A stretch of 63,396 nucleotides of DNA, filler included, from a bacterium (GTDB taxonomy: Bacteria > JALSQH01), in assembly GCA_026985515.1 (NCBI GenBank). It is 3 parts of 3 records of this genome, joined end to end, with 100 filler letters (N's around TTAATTAATTAA, not from the genome) between each part and the next. Parts side by side here need not be neighbours in the genome. Positions count along the whole stretch, not along the records: positions 21,275 to 42,287 come from JALSQH010000008.1; positions 42,388 to 63,396 come from JALSQH010000009.1; 1 more part is not named here. One strand, written 5' to 3'. The number at the start of each line of letters is the position of its first letter. Position 1 is the stretch's first letter. This document shows positions 40,749-50,919 of this stretch, piece by piece. The translations under genes were made by a program, and so were the position numbers. The notes under the pieces are model-generated. The model saw only the letters and a program-made list of their open reading frames with translations. It did not search any database and was not told the DNA's origin.

Positions 40749-42144
40749 CTTCTTCCTCCCTGAGAGCTGATAGAAGTGCTTTTGCCTTGTTGAGGGTTTC
40801 CAGATATTCCTTTTCCGGCACAGAGTCATAAACGATTCCTGCACCTGCCTGAATGTATGCAGTTTCACCAATTTTCAGAATGGTTCTTATGGTTATGCAT
40901 GTGTCGAGATTCCCGTTAAAATCCACATAGCCAATTGCTCCAGCGTAAGGGCCTCTTTTATCAGGTTCGAGTTCTTCAATGATTTCCATTGCTCTTATTT
41001 TGGGTGCACCAGAAACTGTTCCTGCCGGAAATGTGGATGTGAGAAGCATGAGAGGTGTAATGCCAGGTTTGAGGGTGGACACCACATCAGTGACGATGTG
41101 CATTACATGGGAGTAGTATTCCACCCTGAATGGATCAATAAGTTTCACGCTTCCTGCTCGTGAGACCTTTCCCAGATCATTCCTTGCCAGATCAACTAAC
41201 ATTACATGTTCTGCTCTCTCTTTGGGGTCATTAATGAGTTCTTCCTCAAGCATTCTATCTTCGACCGGATTGGATCCCCTTGGTCGTGTCCCCGCAATGG
41301 GTCTTATCAGGGCCTTATCCCCTGCTTTTTTAACATGAACCTCTGGAGATGATCCTATGAGCTGATAATTCCCGTAGTTTAGGAGGAAGAGGTATGGGGA
41401 AGGATTGATGCGACGGAGCTTTCTGTAAATCTCAATGTAGTCCATCGTGGTCTGAACGGAAAGTCTCTGTGAGAGGACAACCTGAAATATGTCCCCCCTT
41501 TCTATATATTTTTTGGCTTTTTCCACAGCTGAGATAAATGCTTCCTTCGTCATGCTGGATCGGGGCGAAGAGGTTGTATGATGGTTGCCAGAGTGAGGAA
41601 TTTTTGAGGAAGTTAGGGCGGTTGTAACTCTATCGAGTCTTTTTCTGATTTCCCCTGTTCTGCCTGATGGGGGTATCACTCCCACAACTTTAAGTGTGTG
41701 ATAGAGATGATCAAAGATCAGATAAACTGAAGGCGCTCTCAAATGAAAATAGGGTAAATTGAAGATGTCCTTTTTCAGATCAGGAATATCCTCAATGTAT
41801 CTCACAAAGTCGTATGAAAAGAATCCCGCAGGACCCCCTGAATAGGGGAGATTCACCTGCTCGGTAGAGATTTTTTCCAGTGCTTCTTCAACGAGGGGAA
41901 TGGGGTTGGAGGTTACAAACTCCTCTTCTGAGTCTTCAATTCTTAATCTGAGCAGTTTTCCTCTGGCTTCAACTTCAAACCATGGGTAAAAACCAATAAA
42001 GGAGTATCTTCCAAGTTCTTCCACCCTCGCTGAGCTTTCAAGGAGGAAAATGGGGTTCAGCTTTCTCAGTTTCAGGAGTGCAGATATTGGGGTTTCTATG
42101 TCTCCCGGCAGTTCTTTAATGATGTAGCCAATCTTTTTCATCAT
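40729..42144 (-). CDS. trpE: anthranilate synthase component I
   Basis: [41 protein letters not shown]. Confidence 0.97.
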   Translation of the reverse strand: MMKKIGYIIKELPGDIETPISALLKLRKLNPIFLLESSARVEELGRYSFIGFYPWFEVEARGKLLRLRIEDSEEEFVTSNPIPLVEEALEKISTEQVNLPYSGGPAGFFSYDFVRYIEDIPDLKKDIFNLPYFHLRAPSVYLIFDHLYHTLKVVGVIPPSGRTGEIRKRLDRVTTALTSSKIPHSGNHHTTSSPRSSMTKEAFISAVEKAKKYIERGDIFQVVLSQRLSVQTTMDYIEIYRKLRRINPSPYLFLLNYGNYQLIGSSPEVHVKKAGDKALIRPIAGTRPRGSNPVEDRMLEEELINDPKERAEHVMLVDLARNDLGKVSRAGSVKLIDPFRVEYYSHVMHIVTDVVSTLKPGITPLMLLTSTFPAGTVSGAPKIRAMEIIEELEPDKRGPYAGAIGYVDFNGNLDTCITIRTILKIGETAYIQAGAGIVYDSVPEKEYLETLNKAKALLSALREEEDVSDNR

Positions 42145-42157
42145 TTACCTCCTGCAT

Positions 42158-42287
42158 AAAAAAAGCCGCGGGTTTTTGTTAAAACCCGCGGCCCATAAAA
42201 AAAAGGGCCGCGGGGGATTGCCCCGCGGCCCTTTTGCTTTCACGAACTACACCTCAGCCCCGGGGCAATCCTCCCATGTTGTTCCAC
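42158..42287 (-). promoter_or_regulatory. trp leader/attenuator: two tandem intrinsic terminators, an antiterminator and the 3' end of a leader peptide (...W N N M G G L P R G*)
   Basis: Terminators at 42197-42231 and 42158-42192, each followed by U7-8 on the minus strand; segment 42257-42271 is complementary to the first terminator arm; TGG at 42284-86. Confidence 0.8.
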
Positions 42288-42387
42288 NNNNNNNNNNNNN
42301 NNNNNNNNNNNNNNNNNNNNNNNNNNNNNNNTTAATTAATTAANNNNNNNNNNNNNNNNNNNNNNNNNNNNNNNNNNNNNNNNNNNN
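42288..42387. other. assembly spacer (contig join)
   Basis: 44 N + TTAATTAATTAA + 44 N. Confidence 0.99.
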
Positions 42388-42389
42388 CT

Positions 42390-42964
42390 TTTTCCTTTGT
42401 TTACAGGGAGGGGTATGGATACGAAATAAAGGTGACAAACCTCTCAGACATTTATGCGGGAACGGCGAAGCTCACCACTTTCACAATGCTCTTGAATTTT
42501 TACGATAGTTTTGTGCCTGACACTTATGAGTTTGCCACTCTCTACAGGATGGATTCCTTTTCTTTAGGAGTGAGGGTGAGATACAGTGAATGGCATGCAC
42601 TTGAGAAATTGATTAAAGTAAAAACGTTTTTTCTTATGCTGTGGCTTTAAGGCAGTTTATAGGGGGGCCGAAAAGAATTTCACTTTATTACTCCCTGGGC
42701 TATGATCCCTCCCCCCTGGTTTCAACCTATACTCCAAGGGTTAATTTTGTTGACAGTGGTAGGTTTCTGGTGGGGGTGGGGGCAGAGATTTTCTACGTTA
42801 ATCCGACTTACTTGTATAAGCCACTCAAGTTTGAAATAGGCTATCAGTTTTCTCGCCTCAACAGGAGGAAGTTCATAATTGAAGATGCTGATCAAAATAA
42901 AGCCACCACAACCATCAGTGGATATACCAACACCTTATCTTTCATGTTTTCCCTGAATTTCTGA
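42390..42964 (+). pseudogene. 3' part of a FadL/OmpP1-like outer-membrane beta-barrel gene, with a frame break near 42611-42617
   Basis: Amphipathic strands in two frames, GYDPSP...NFVD..R...GVG, terminal Phe (FSLNF). Confidence 0.55.
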
Positions 42965-42970
42965 GTATTT

Positions 42971-43474
42971 CTATTTCTTTGCTGCTTCCACAATCATTTT
43001 TATCAGGCGAGGCATGGCGGAAGGATCCGTTCCGGTAAAGAGATTCCCGTCAGCTTCAACATCCTTGCCAGTATAGATGGCACCTGCGTTTATGAGGTCA
43101 TCTTTTATGGCGTAGTATCCCGCAATCTTTTTGCCTTTCACTATTCCAGCTGATATTAAGACCCACGGTCCGTGACAGATTGAACCAACGATTTTTCCAC
43201 TGTTGTAAAAATCTCTCACAAATTTTAAAACCTTTTCATATCTTCTCAGCCTGTCTGGTGCGTATCCACCCGGGATAAAGAGAATATCGTAATCATCCGG
43301 AGAAACCTCATCTATTGATTTGTCTGATTTGTGCGTCATGCCTTTTTTACCTTTAAATGTTCCTTTCTGTGGAGAGATCACATCCACCTGCCATCCTTCT
43401 TCCTGAAATCTGTAATATGGGTAGAGGAATTCAACATCCTCAACGAATTCTTCAATGAAAATGGCAACCTTCAT
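42971..43474 (-). CDS. PfpI/DJ-1 family protein
   Basis: EDVEFLYP, IPGGYAPD, ICHGPW. Confidence 0.94.
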   Translation of the reverse strand: MKVAIFIEEFVEDVEFLYPYYRFQEEGWQVDVISPQKGTFKGKKGMTHKSDKSIDEVSPDDYDILFIPGGYAPDRLRRYEKVLKFVRDFYNSGKIVGSICHGPWVLISAGIVKGKKIAGYYAIKDDLINAGAIYTGKDVEADGNLFTGTDPSAMPRLIKMIVEAAKK

Positions 43475-44430
43475 TTTTCTTCCTCCTTCAGGAGTTCTCT
43501 GGTGATTTTTTCACCCAGTGTGATGGGATCTACCTCACCATTTTCCATTTTTGAAATAAGGGATTCCATTTTCTCCTGAATTTTCCTGTAAATTTTTTCC
43601 TTGATCAGACTCGTAATTGTATTTTCAAATTCCTTTTCTAACTGCATTCTGATTTTTTCTTTTAATTTACCCGATTTTTTCAGGTATTCAAAATGATTAT
43701 CAATGGCAACAGCAAGTTCTTCAATTCCTTCCCCTTTTGTGGCTATTGTTTTTATCACCGGTGGTTGCCACTCTTTATCTTTTATGCCCGCCATTTCAAG
43801 CATAAATTCAATTTCTTTTACAAGTCTGTTTGCTTCAGGTCTGTCAGCTTTGTTTACCACAAATATATCAGCAATTTCAAGTATTCCTGCCTTGATTGCC
43901 TGAATATCGTCTCCAAGGCCCGGCACAAGGACGACCACTGAAGTGTGGGCGAGTCCGATTATTTCAACTTCATCCTGACCCACTCCCACAGTTTCCACAA
44001 TTATTTTTTCTTTACCCATTGCATCAAGGACTTTTACCATTTCCCATGCTGATTTTGAGAGTCCTCCAAGGTGGCCCCTGGTTGCCACTGATCTGATAAA
44101 CACCTCTGGATCTGTGCTGTGGCTCTGCATTCTGATTCTATCACCTAAGATTGCTCCACCTGTGAAGGGACTTGTCGGATCCACTGCAATTACACCAACT
44201 TTCAGAGACTTCTTCCTGTAAAGTTCAATCAGTTTTGAAACCAGTGTACTTTTCCCTGCCCCCGGGGCTCCCGTAATACCAATAATGTGAGCTTTCCCTG
44301 TGTAGGGATAAATTTTCTTCAGGATTTCTCTTGCTTCTGGAAGTTCATCATCTATCATTCTAAGTGCTCTTGCAGTGGCCACATCATCACCACTGAGGAT
44401 CTTTTCAATGAGAGAGCTATCCAACTGCAA
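43471..44430 (-). CDS. meaB: B12-mutase-associated GTPase MeaB/ArgK
   Basis: GAPGAGKS, AVDPTSPFTGGAILGDRIRM, ETVGVGQDE, NKAD. Confidence 0.96.
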   Translation of the reverse strand: MQLDSSLIEKILSGDDVATARALRMIDDELPEAREILKKIYPYTGKAHIIGITGAPGAGKSTLVSKLIELYRKKSLKVGVIAVDPTSPFTGGAILGDRIRMQSHSTDPEVFIRSVATRGHLGGLSKSAWEMVKVLDAMGKEKIIVETVGVGQDEVEIIGLAHTSVVVLVPGLGDDIQAIKAGILEIADIFVVNKADRPEANRLVKEIEFMLEMAGIKDKEWQPPVIKTIATKGEGIEELAVAIDNHFEYLKKSGKLKEKIRMQLEKEFENTITSLIKEKIYRKIQEKMESLISKMENGEVDPITLGEKITRELLKEEEK

Positions 44431-44439
44431 CTCCTTTGA

Positions 44440-44853
44440 TTATTTTCTCTTGTGGCGAGGTTTTACGTGTTTTTTGACCCATTCGATTGTTTCGCTGACA
44501 GGAGTTCCCGGAGTGAAAATCTCAGCCACCCCCTGAGATTTCAGAAATGGGATATCATCATCAGGAATAATACCTCCACCAAAAACAATTATATCATCTG
44601 CTCCTTTTTCTCTGAGCAGTTTTATAACTGCAGGCATCAGGGTATTGTGTGCTCCAGATAGTATGGAAAGACCAATTGCATCTACATCCTCCTGAATGGC
44701 TGCATTCACTATCTGTTCTGGAGTCTGGTGAAGGCCTGTGTAAATCACTTCAAAGCCTGCTTCTTTCAGTGCCCTTGCAATGATTTTTGCTCCTCTGTCA
44801 TGTCCATCAAGTCCAGGTTTCGCAATTAGTATCCTTACTTTTTCTTCTGGCAT
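44440..44853 (-). CDS. acyl-CoA mutase small (cobalamin-binding) subunit
   Basis: [10 protein letters not shown] DxHxxG motif, SILSGAH, GGIIP. Confidence 0.96.
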   Translation of the reverse strand: MPEEKVRILIAKPGLDGHDRGAKIIARALKEAGFEVIYTGLHQTPEQIVNAAIQEDVDAIGLSILSGAHNTLMPAVIKLLREKGADDIIVFGGGIIPDDDIPFLKSQGVAEIFTPGTPVSETIEWVKKHVKPRHKRK

Positions 44854-44864
44854 CTGTTTCCTCC

Positions 44865-46538
44865 TTAGAAGTACGCTGGATCTCTGTATTCTCCAAAAGC
44901 TTCCTTTAATGTGTTGATTATCTCTCCTTCTGTGGCATATTCTCTGACGGCATTTATTATGTAGGGCATCAGATTTTCTGAGTAATCCTCAGCAGCTTCC
45001 CTTAACAGCTTCAGGGCTTCTTTCACCTTTGCGTTATTTCTATCCCTCTTTACCTTTGCCAATCTTTCCTTTTGTTTTTTTTCAAGATCATCGGGTATTT
45101 TAAGTATGGGTATGGGAACATCTTCATCAATTACATATTTGTTTACTCCTACAATTATTTTTTCACCTTTTTCAACCTGCAGCTGGTAGTGATATGCTGC
45201 ATCCTGTATCTCCTTCTGAGGATATCCCAATTCAATTGCTCTCAGCATCCCTCCCATTTCCTCAATTTTGTTTATATACTCCCAGGCTTTTTCTTCCATT
45301 TCATTGGTCAGTTTTTCAATGAAGTAACTGCCACCAAGTGGATCAATGGTATTGGGAATACCGCTCTCGTAGGCAATGATCTGCTGAGTCCTAAGTGCAA
45401 TGGTAACTGCTTCTTCAGTTGGTAGGGCATAGGTTTCATCCATGGAATTGGTGTGGAGAGATTGTGTACCCCCCAGAACAGCAGATAGAGCCTCAATGGC
45501 CGTTCTGATAATATTGTTGTAAGGTTGCTGCGCAGTTAATGAACACCCAGCAGTCTGTGTATGAAATCGCATCAACCATGAAGCTGGATTTTTCGCTTTA
45601 AATCGTTCTTTCATTATTTTTGCCCACATTCTTCTTGCTGCTCTGAATTTTGCAATTTCTTCAAAGAAGTCCATGTGGGCGTCAAAAAAGAAAGATAAAC
45701 GGGGAGCAAAAGAGTCAACATCAAGACCTTCTCTGGTAAAATAGTCAACATAACTTATTCCATCCATTATGGTGAATGCAAGTTCCTGAACAGCAGTTGA
45801 ACCAGCTTCTCTAATATGATACCCTGAGATGGAAATCGTATTCCATCTGGGTACATGCTCACTTGCATAGGCAACTATGTCTCTTATTATTCTCATGGAA
45901 GGTTCGGGCGGGTATATCCATGATTTTTGGGCAATATATTCTTTGAGGATGTCGTTTTGAATTGTACCACCTATCTTATTGGAAGGAACTCCCTGCTTTT
46001 CCGCCACAACAATGTACATAGCCCATAAAATGGCTGCTGGTGCGTTGATTGTCATTGAGGTTGTAACTTTATCAAGGGGTATCCCTTTAAACAGTGTTTC
46101 CATGTCTGCAAGAGTGTCAATAGCTACACCACATTTTCCCACTTCTCCTGTAGCCCTGGGATCGTCTGAGTCAACCCCCATAATTGTTGGCATGTCAAAA
46201 GCAACTGATAAACCTGTTTGACCCTGTTGAAGAAGGTAATGATAACGTTGATTTGTCTCTACAGCTGTTCCAAAACCTGCAAATTGTCTCATGGTCCAGA
46301 GTCTTCCTCTGTACATATTTGGATAGATGCCTCGTGTAAAAGGATATTCTCCCGGAAAACCAAGATCCCTCATGTAATCCAGATCTGCTATATCTTCTGG
46401 TGTGTAAATTTCCTTTATTTCGTGATCAGAAATTGTTGAAAATCTTTCCATTCTTTCCGGATGTTTTTCTATGTGTGGCTTGAGAATCTTTTCTTCCCAT
46501 TCTTTTTTTGCTTTTTTTATTCTTTCAATATCGTCCAT
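44865..46538 (-). CDS. acyl-CoA mutase large subunit, isobutyryl-CoA mutase-like
   Basis: [43 protein letters not shown]. Confidence 0.9.
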   Translation of the reverse strand: MDDIERIKKAKKEWEEKILKPHIEKHPERMERFSTISDHEIKEIYTPEDIADLDYMRDLGFPGEYPFTRGIYPNMYRGRLWTMRQFAGFGTAVETNQRYHYLLQQGQTGLSVAFDMPTIMGVDSDDPRATGEVGKCGVAIDTLADMETLFKGIPLDKVTTSMTINAPAAILWAMYIVVAEKQGVPSNKIGGTIQNDILKEYIAQKSWIYPPEPSMRIIRDIVAYASEHVPRWNTISISGYHIREAGSTAVQELAFTIMDGISYVDYFTREGLDVDSFAPRLSFFFDAHMDFFEEIAKFRAARRMWAKIMKERFKAKNPASWLMRFHTQTAGCSLTAQQPYNNIIRTAIEALSAVLGGTQSLHTNSMDETYALPTEEAVTIALRTQQIIAYESGIPNTIDPLGGSYFIEKLTNEMEEKAWEYINKIEEMGGMLRAIELGYPQKEIQDAAYHYQLQVEKGEKIIVGVNKYVIDEDVPIPILKIPDDLEKKQKERLAKVKRDRNNAKVKEALKLLREAAEDYSENLMPYIINAVREYATEGEIINTLKEAFGEYRDPAYF

Positions 46539-46550
46539 TTTCCTGCTCCT

Positions 46551-47108
46551 TTAAAATTCAATTCCCTCCCTTGCATCCACCCCCTGGTAGTAGTAATGTT
46601 TTATCTCCTTCATCTCTGTTACCAGATCAGCTTTCTCTATGAGTTCTTTCGGTGCTCCTCTACCTGTTATGACAAGCTCCATATTTTCAGGTTTGCTTTC
46701 CACAATTTTCATCATATCTTCAAGTGAAATTAAATTAAACATGTAAGCCACATTCAGTTCGTCAAGTATAAGAATATCTACTTCATTTCTCTGCATAATT
46801 TCCAGTGCCCGTTCGACTCCTTTTTTTGCAAGTTCTATATCTTCTGGTCGTGGATTTTTGGGGTTCACGAAAGCAGGTCTTCCAAAGGGCTCAATGGTGA
46901 AGAGATCACCAAATTTCCTTGCAGCTTTCCATTCACCATATTCGCTCCACGCCATTTTTTCAGTGCCTTTTCCCTTTAAAAACTGAATCATGTGAACTTT
47001 AAAACCGTGTCCGAGTGCTCTGAAGGCCAGGCCAAGGGCTGCTGTAGTCTTACCTTTGCAATCCCCAGTGTAGACCTGAATATATCCCTTTTTGATTTTT
47101 TTACTCAA
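46551..47108 (-). CDS. cobO: cob(I)alamin adenosyltransferase (CobA/BtuR/CobO type)
   Basis: YTGDCKGKTTAA, QFLKG, ILDE, ITGR, ADLVTEM. Confidence 0.95.
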   Translation of the reverse strand: MSKKIKKGYIQVYTGDCKGKTTAALGLAFRALGHGFKVHMIQFLKGKGTEKMAWSEYGEWKAARKFGDLFTIEPFGRPAFVNPKNPRPEDIELAKKGVERALEIMQRNEVDILILDELNVAYMFNLISLEDMMKIVESKPENMELVITGRGAPKELIEKADLVTEMKEIKHYYYQGVDAREGIEF

Positions 47109-47236
47109 CTTAAACCTCCGTTTATTTAAATTTAAACTATAAGCACTTTGAAGTCAAGAGAAGATAGGGTCTTATTCCTGATTGACTGTGAAGTAATCGT
47201 TACCAGGTAGAACTTGAAGAAATAAAAAAATTTTTG

Positions 47237-47357
47237 GATGTTAAAATTTTTTACATCAGGGCAGCTTCTATGAAAATATCATTATCTTATAACTACTTGA
47301 TAAAAGAGCTTTTTGAAGTGAAAAGAGATTAAGGAATCTTCTGGCACATACATTGCA
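47237..47357 (+). promoter_or_regulatory. sigma54 promoter with IHF site and upstream palindromic UAS
   Basis: TGGCAC-ATACA-TTGCA (47342-57, GG-N10-GC); TATCAAGTAGTTA on the minus strand at 47290-47302 matches WATCAANNNNTTR; GATGT-N11-ACATC at 47237-57. Confidence 0.8.
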
Positions 47358-47383
47358 AATGGTAGAAAAAATCTGAGGAAGTT

Positions 47384-48043
47384 ATGAAAGTACTTGATAG
47401 GGAAGATCGAGTTACGAAATCACTTAAGGAAAAAATTTTTCAGATGGATAGAAGGGAGCTTCTTACTAAAATGGGTTACCATAATCTGGAGAGAGGAAAT
47501 TACACTCTCGAACGATTTTTAAAAACCCCCAGCCTCTACAGATGGCTTGAGAAAGGTAATTATGATTTTCTCTATACTTCGGGGGAATTTGTAAAGAAAG
47601 TGGCAGAAGTTGTGGGATTAAAAAGAGAAGAAGTAGAGAAAGCAATCCGTTTTGCAAAGGATGAGATGAAGAGGATAAGAAGCTTGAAAACACCACATAT
47701 CTATGTAGATACTCATTTTGTAAGAAAAACTGAGCCAGTTTTTGTACTGGCTTTTACTGAAGGATTGAGAAATATAGTTCTGGACAAAGAAGAATTTGCA
47801 TATTTATCTCTGGAAGAAGCCCTTAAAAAAGTGGGGGAGTTTGTCAGAAATCATTATATCCAGAATGATGGGTATCTTGAAGTCTGGGGAAAAATTTACA
47901 CTTATGTTTATTATCATGTTGATGGCAACAAGTACTATTTTGATCCCAGTGGGAATTTAATACATGGTGATGTCAAAGTTTACTATTCAAAAGCCTTTTT
48001 GAGAATTGGCAATAAAGAGGTATCCCACGGAAATAATGAATGA
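47384..48043 (+). CDS. hypothetical protein (sigma54-preceded)
   Basis: 219-aa ORF with SD GAGGA; no motif recognised. Confidence 0.8.
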   Translation: MKVLDREDRVTKSLKEKIFQMDRRELLTKMGYHNLERGNYTLERFLKTPSLYRWLEKGNYDFLYTSGEFVKKVAEVVGLKREEVEKAIRFAKDEMKRIRSLKTPHIYVDTHFVRKTEPVFVLAFTEGLRNIVLDKEEFAYLSLEEALKKVGEFVRNHYIQNDGYLEVWGKIYTYVYYHVDGNKYYFDPSGNLIHGDVKVYYSKAFLRIGNKEVSHGNNE

Positions 48044-48125
48044 GTATACTTATTATGCTGCGGGTGTTGGGTAAAGATGAAATATTATGCTTTGAAAAAG
48101 AAAAAAATGAACTGGAGGATAGGGA

Positions 48126-48833
48126 ATGAATGAGAATTTCTTTGGAGATGAAAGGGATTTCAGGAAATATCTTTTATTGAAAACATTGTTGGAAAATAAT
48201 CGTAGCAAGAAGTTCCTGGTAGCATGGTATCTCACAGAGGAAGAGTCTAATGAGAAGAAAAACAGATGGAGTTATTTAGATAGTAGCGCTTATATAAATC
48301 TTGATGCGGAATTATCAAGCTGGTTAAAAGATTGTGTCAAAAAGAACGATACATCTAAAATCAATTGTATTGAAAATAAATTTCTTTATTTTTCTTACAA
48401 CATAACTTTTTATACTGAACCAGTTCCGAAATGGAAAAAAGAGAGGGAACGATGGTTTAACCAGCTTAAGGATAAGGCTCAGGAAAGTGGCGTAGTTTTT
48501 CTGGATCCGGATACAGGAATAAATTTTGACTCAAAGCGTAATTCAATAAAACATGTGTACATAAATGAGATAGTAGAACTATGGGAGAGTGGAAAATCAT
48601 TGATTGTATTTAATTATTTTCCACGTATTAATCATGAAATTTTTGTTTATGGAACCATGATGGCATTTTTGGTGAGAATACCTGACGCAATTGTGAAGAG
48701 TATCTATGAAGATAAGGTTGCCTATTTTTTTATTTTGCAGAGAAATGATGGAAAAATTTTTGAAAATTTGAAAAAAGGAATAGAAAATATGAGCAACAGG
48801 GTTTTTAAAATAGCTGAAATTAACCTGTGTTAG
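48126..48833 (+). CDS. hypothetical protein with GDxxDxxKY and FLDPDTG motifs
   Basis: 235-aa AT-rich ORF, SD GGAGG; motif layout resembles RlmJ-like Rossmann MTase folds (inference). Confidence 0.7.
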   Translation: MNENFFGDERDFRKYLLLKTLLENNRSKKFLVAWYLTEEESNEKKNRWSYLDSSAYINLDAELSSWLKDCVKKNDTSKINCIENKFLYFSYNITFYTEPVPKWKKERERWFNQLKDKAQESGVVFLDPDTGINFDSKRNSIKHVYINEIVELWESGKSLIVFNYFPRINHEIFVYGTMMAFLVRIPDAIVKSIYEDKVAYFFILQRNDGKIFENLKKGIENMSNRVFKIAEINLC

Positions 48834-50919
48834 CTACCTTTTCCACCCTCACCTTAACCCCACTGAAAGCTGCGTTACCTGTTAGTTTATCGATGAATTC
48901 GTCATCTGTTATGTCATTTACACTTACTCCAGGATGTTTCTTTGCCACCCTCAATTTAACTCCTTCCCTGCTGTGCCCCCATCCGTGAGGAATACTGATC
49001 ACTCCCTCCATTACATCTTCTGTAACCTCCACTTCAATTTCGATTTCGCCTGTCCGGGAGATGATTTTTACTGTTTCTCCATTTTCTATTTCCAGGTTTT
49101 TTGCATCATTAATGTTTATCAACGCCTTACATCTATTTCTCCCTTTAACCATTCTTTGAGAATTGTGCATCCATGAATTGCTGGATCGAATGTCTCTTCT
49201 TCCAATAAGTAAAAAAGGAAAATGGGGATCTCTTTTATTATTCTCAATTGCATTTTTAAGCCTTTTCACATCACTGACAAATTCCCGGGGTGCAAGATGA
49301 ATCAACCTGTCTTCTGTCATGAGCCTGTGTGGAAGAACAGGTTTTAATTGGCCCAGGTCTTTTCCATGCGGATTTTGTTTTAGTTTCTCGATTGTTAAAT
49401 TGTAAGGGCTGAATTGAAGGATGAAATCAATCATTTGCTCCGGTTTCTGTGGTGAAAAATCCTGTCCCGAAATTCTGGCAGAAAGATCAGCAAGAATTTC
49501 CCAGTCATATTGCTGCCATTCATTTTTCTGAAAAAGTGGAGGTGAATATTTCACAAAATTTCTAACTGAAAGGTGATAAAAGAGAATTTCAAAAACTGGT
49601 GTCTCAAGTCCTGTAGCGGGTGGGAGAATTATGTCTGCAAATCTTGTGGTTTCATTGATATATATGTCTATTGCCAGCATGAATTCAAGCGATTCAAGGG
49701 CCTTTTCAAGTTTTTTGCCGTTTGGTGCAGAAAGAACGGGATTGCCTGCTATTGTGATCAGTCCTTTTATCTGTCCTTCGCCCGGAGTAAGAATCTCATC
49801 TGCGAGAGTGGCGACAGGAAATTCACCAGCAAATTCAGGTAATTTTCTGACTCGTGAATGCCTTCTTGCAAATCCACCCTTGCTCCCTGTCATCCGGGAC
49901 ATGGCAATAAGATCAGCGGCAGGGAGGGTAAACATTGCTCCCCCTTCTCTATCCAGGTTGCCAGTTACTATATTCAGAAGATTTATCAACCATTGTGTAA
50001 TTCCTCCAAATTGTTGAGTTGATGCTCCAAACCTGCCATAAATTACAGCCCTGTCTGAAAGAGCAAATTCCCTTGCCAGAGACTTTATTTCCTCAGCTTC
50101 TATTCCTGTGAATTCTGCTACTTTCTCCGGCGGAAAATCATCAGCAATTTCTCTTACGGTCTCAAAATCCCTTGCAATTTCGGTCAATCTTCCCGGTTTT
50201 TCCAGATTTTCTTTGAAAATAACATTGAGCATTGACAGGAGGAGAGCCGCGTCTGTACCAGGTCTTATAAAAAGGTGCTTTGAGCCAAGTTTTGCTGTTT
50301 CCGATTTTCTTGGATCAATCACAGCAAGCTTACCACCCCTTTTCAGGAGTTCTTTTATTCTTGAAACAAAACCTGGAGCAGTCATTATGCTTCCGTTGGA
50401 AACAGCGGGATTCCCTCCAAGTATGATCATGAAATTTGTTCTATCAATATCGGGTACCGGAAGCAGGAGATAGTGACCAAACATCAAGTATGCAGCTAAA
50501 TTGTGAGGGAGCTGATCAATTGATGTGGCAGAGTATCTCTGTTTTGTTCCAAGTGCTTTATGAAGAAAAGGGATAAAAAGCATTGTTCCGAAGTTGTGAG
50601 CAACTGGATTGCCAAGGTATGTTGCGATGGAATTTTTTCCATATTTTTTCTGAATTGTTTTTATTTTTTCAGCAGCTTCATTGATTGCTTCATCCCATGA
50701 GATTTCCTTCCAGCTGTTCTTTATTCTTTTAACAGGTCTTCTGAGCCTGTCAGGATCATTGTAAATGTCCACAAGAGCCACAGCTTTGGGGCAGATATGT
50801 CCCCTGCTCAGTGGATCCTGTTTGTCACCACGAATCGAAATAATCCTGTTGCCATCATATTTAATTTCAAGCCCGCATGTTGCTTCACAGATGTTGCATG
50901 AGCGATAGTGAACATGCAT
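48820..50919 (-). CDS. molybdopterin (bis-MGD) oxidoreductase, cytoplasmic
   Basis: CNICEATC...ICPK Fe-S motif, IDPRKSETA, ETTRFADIILP, NSWMHN; no Tat signal. Confidence 0.92.
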   Translation of the reverse strand: MHVHYRSCNICEATCGLEIKYDGNRIISIRGDKQDPLSRGHICPKAVALVDIYNDPDRLRRPVKRIKNSWKEISWDEAINEAAEKIKTIQKKYGKNSIATYLGNPVAHNFGTMLFIPFLHKALGTKQRYSATSIDQLPHNLAAYLMFGHYLLLPVPDIDRTNFMIILGGNPAVSNGSIMTAPGFVSRIKELLKRGGKLAVIDPRKSETAKLGSKHLFIRPGTDAALLLSMLNVIFKENLEKPGRLTEIARDFETVREIADDFPPEKVAEFTGIEAEEIKSLAREFALSDRAVIYGRFGASTQQFGGITQWLINLLNIVTGNLDREGGAMFTLPAADLIAMSRMTGSKGGFARRHSRVRKLPEFAGEFPVATLADEILTPGEGQIKGLITIAGNPVLSAPNGKKLEKALESLEFMLAIDIYINETTRFADIILPPATGLETPVFEILFYHLSVRNFVKYSPPLFQKNEWQQYDWEILADLSARISGQDFSPQKPEQMIDFILQFSPYNLTIEKLKQNPHGKDLGQLKPVLPHRLMTEDRLIHLAPREFVSDVKRLKNAIENNKRDPHFPFLLIGRRDIRSSNSWMHNSQRMVKGRNRCKALININDAKNLEIENGETVKIISRTGEIEIEVEVTEDVMEGVISIPHGWGHSREGVKLRVAKKHPGVSVNDITDDEFIDKLTGNAAFSGVKVRVEKVANTG

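Noticed and set aside
47109-47236. Possible cobalamin riboswitch upstream of cobO
   Set aside because: No B12-box or conserved core seen; a promoter-like TTGACT-17-TAAATT lies too close to the start to leave room
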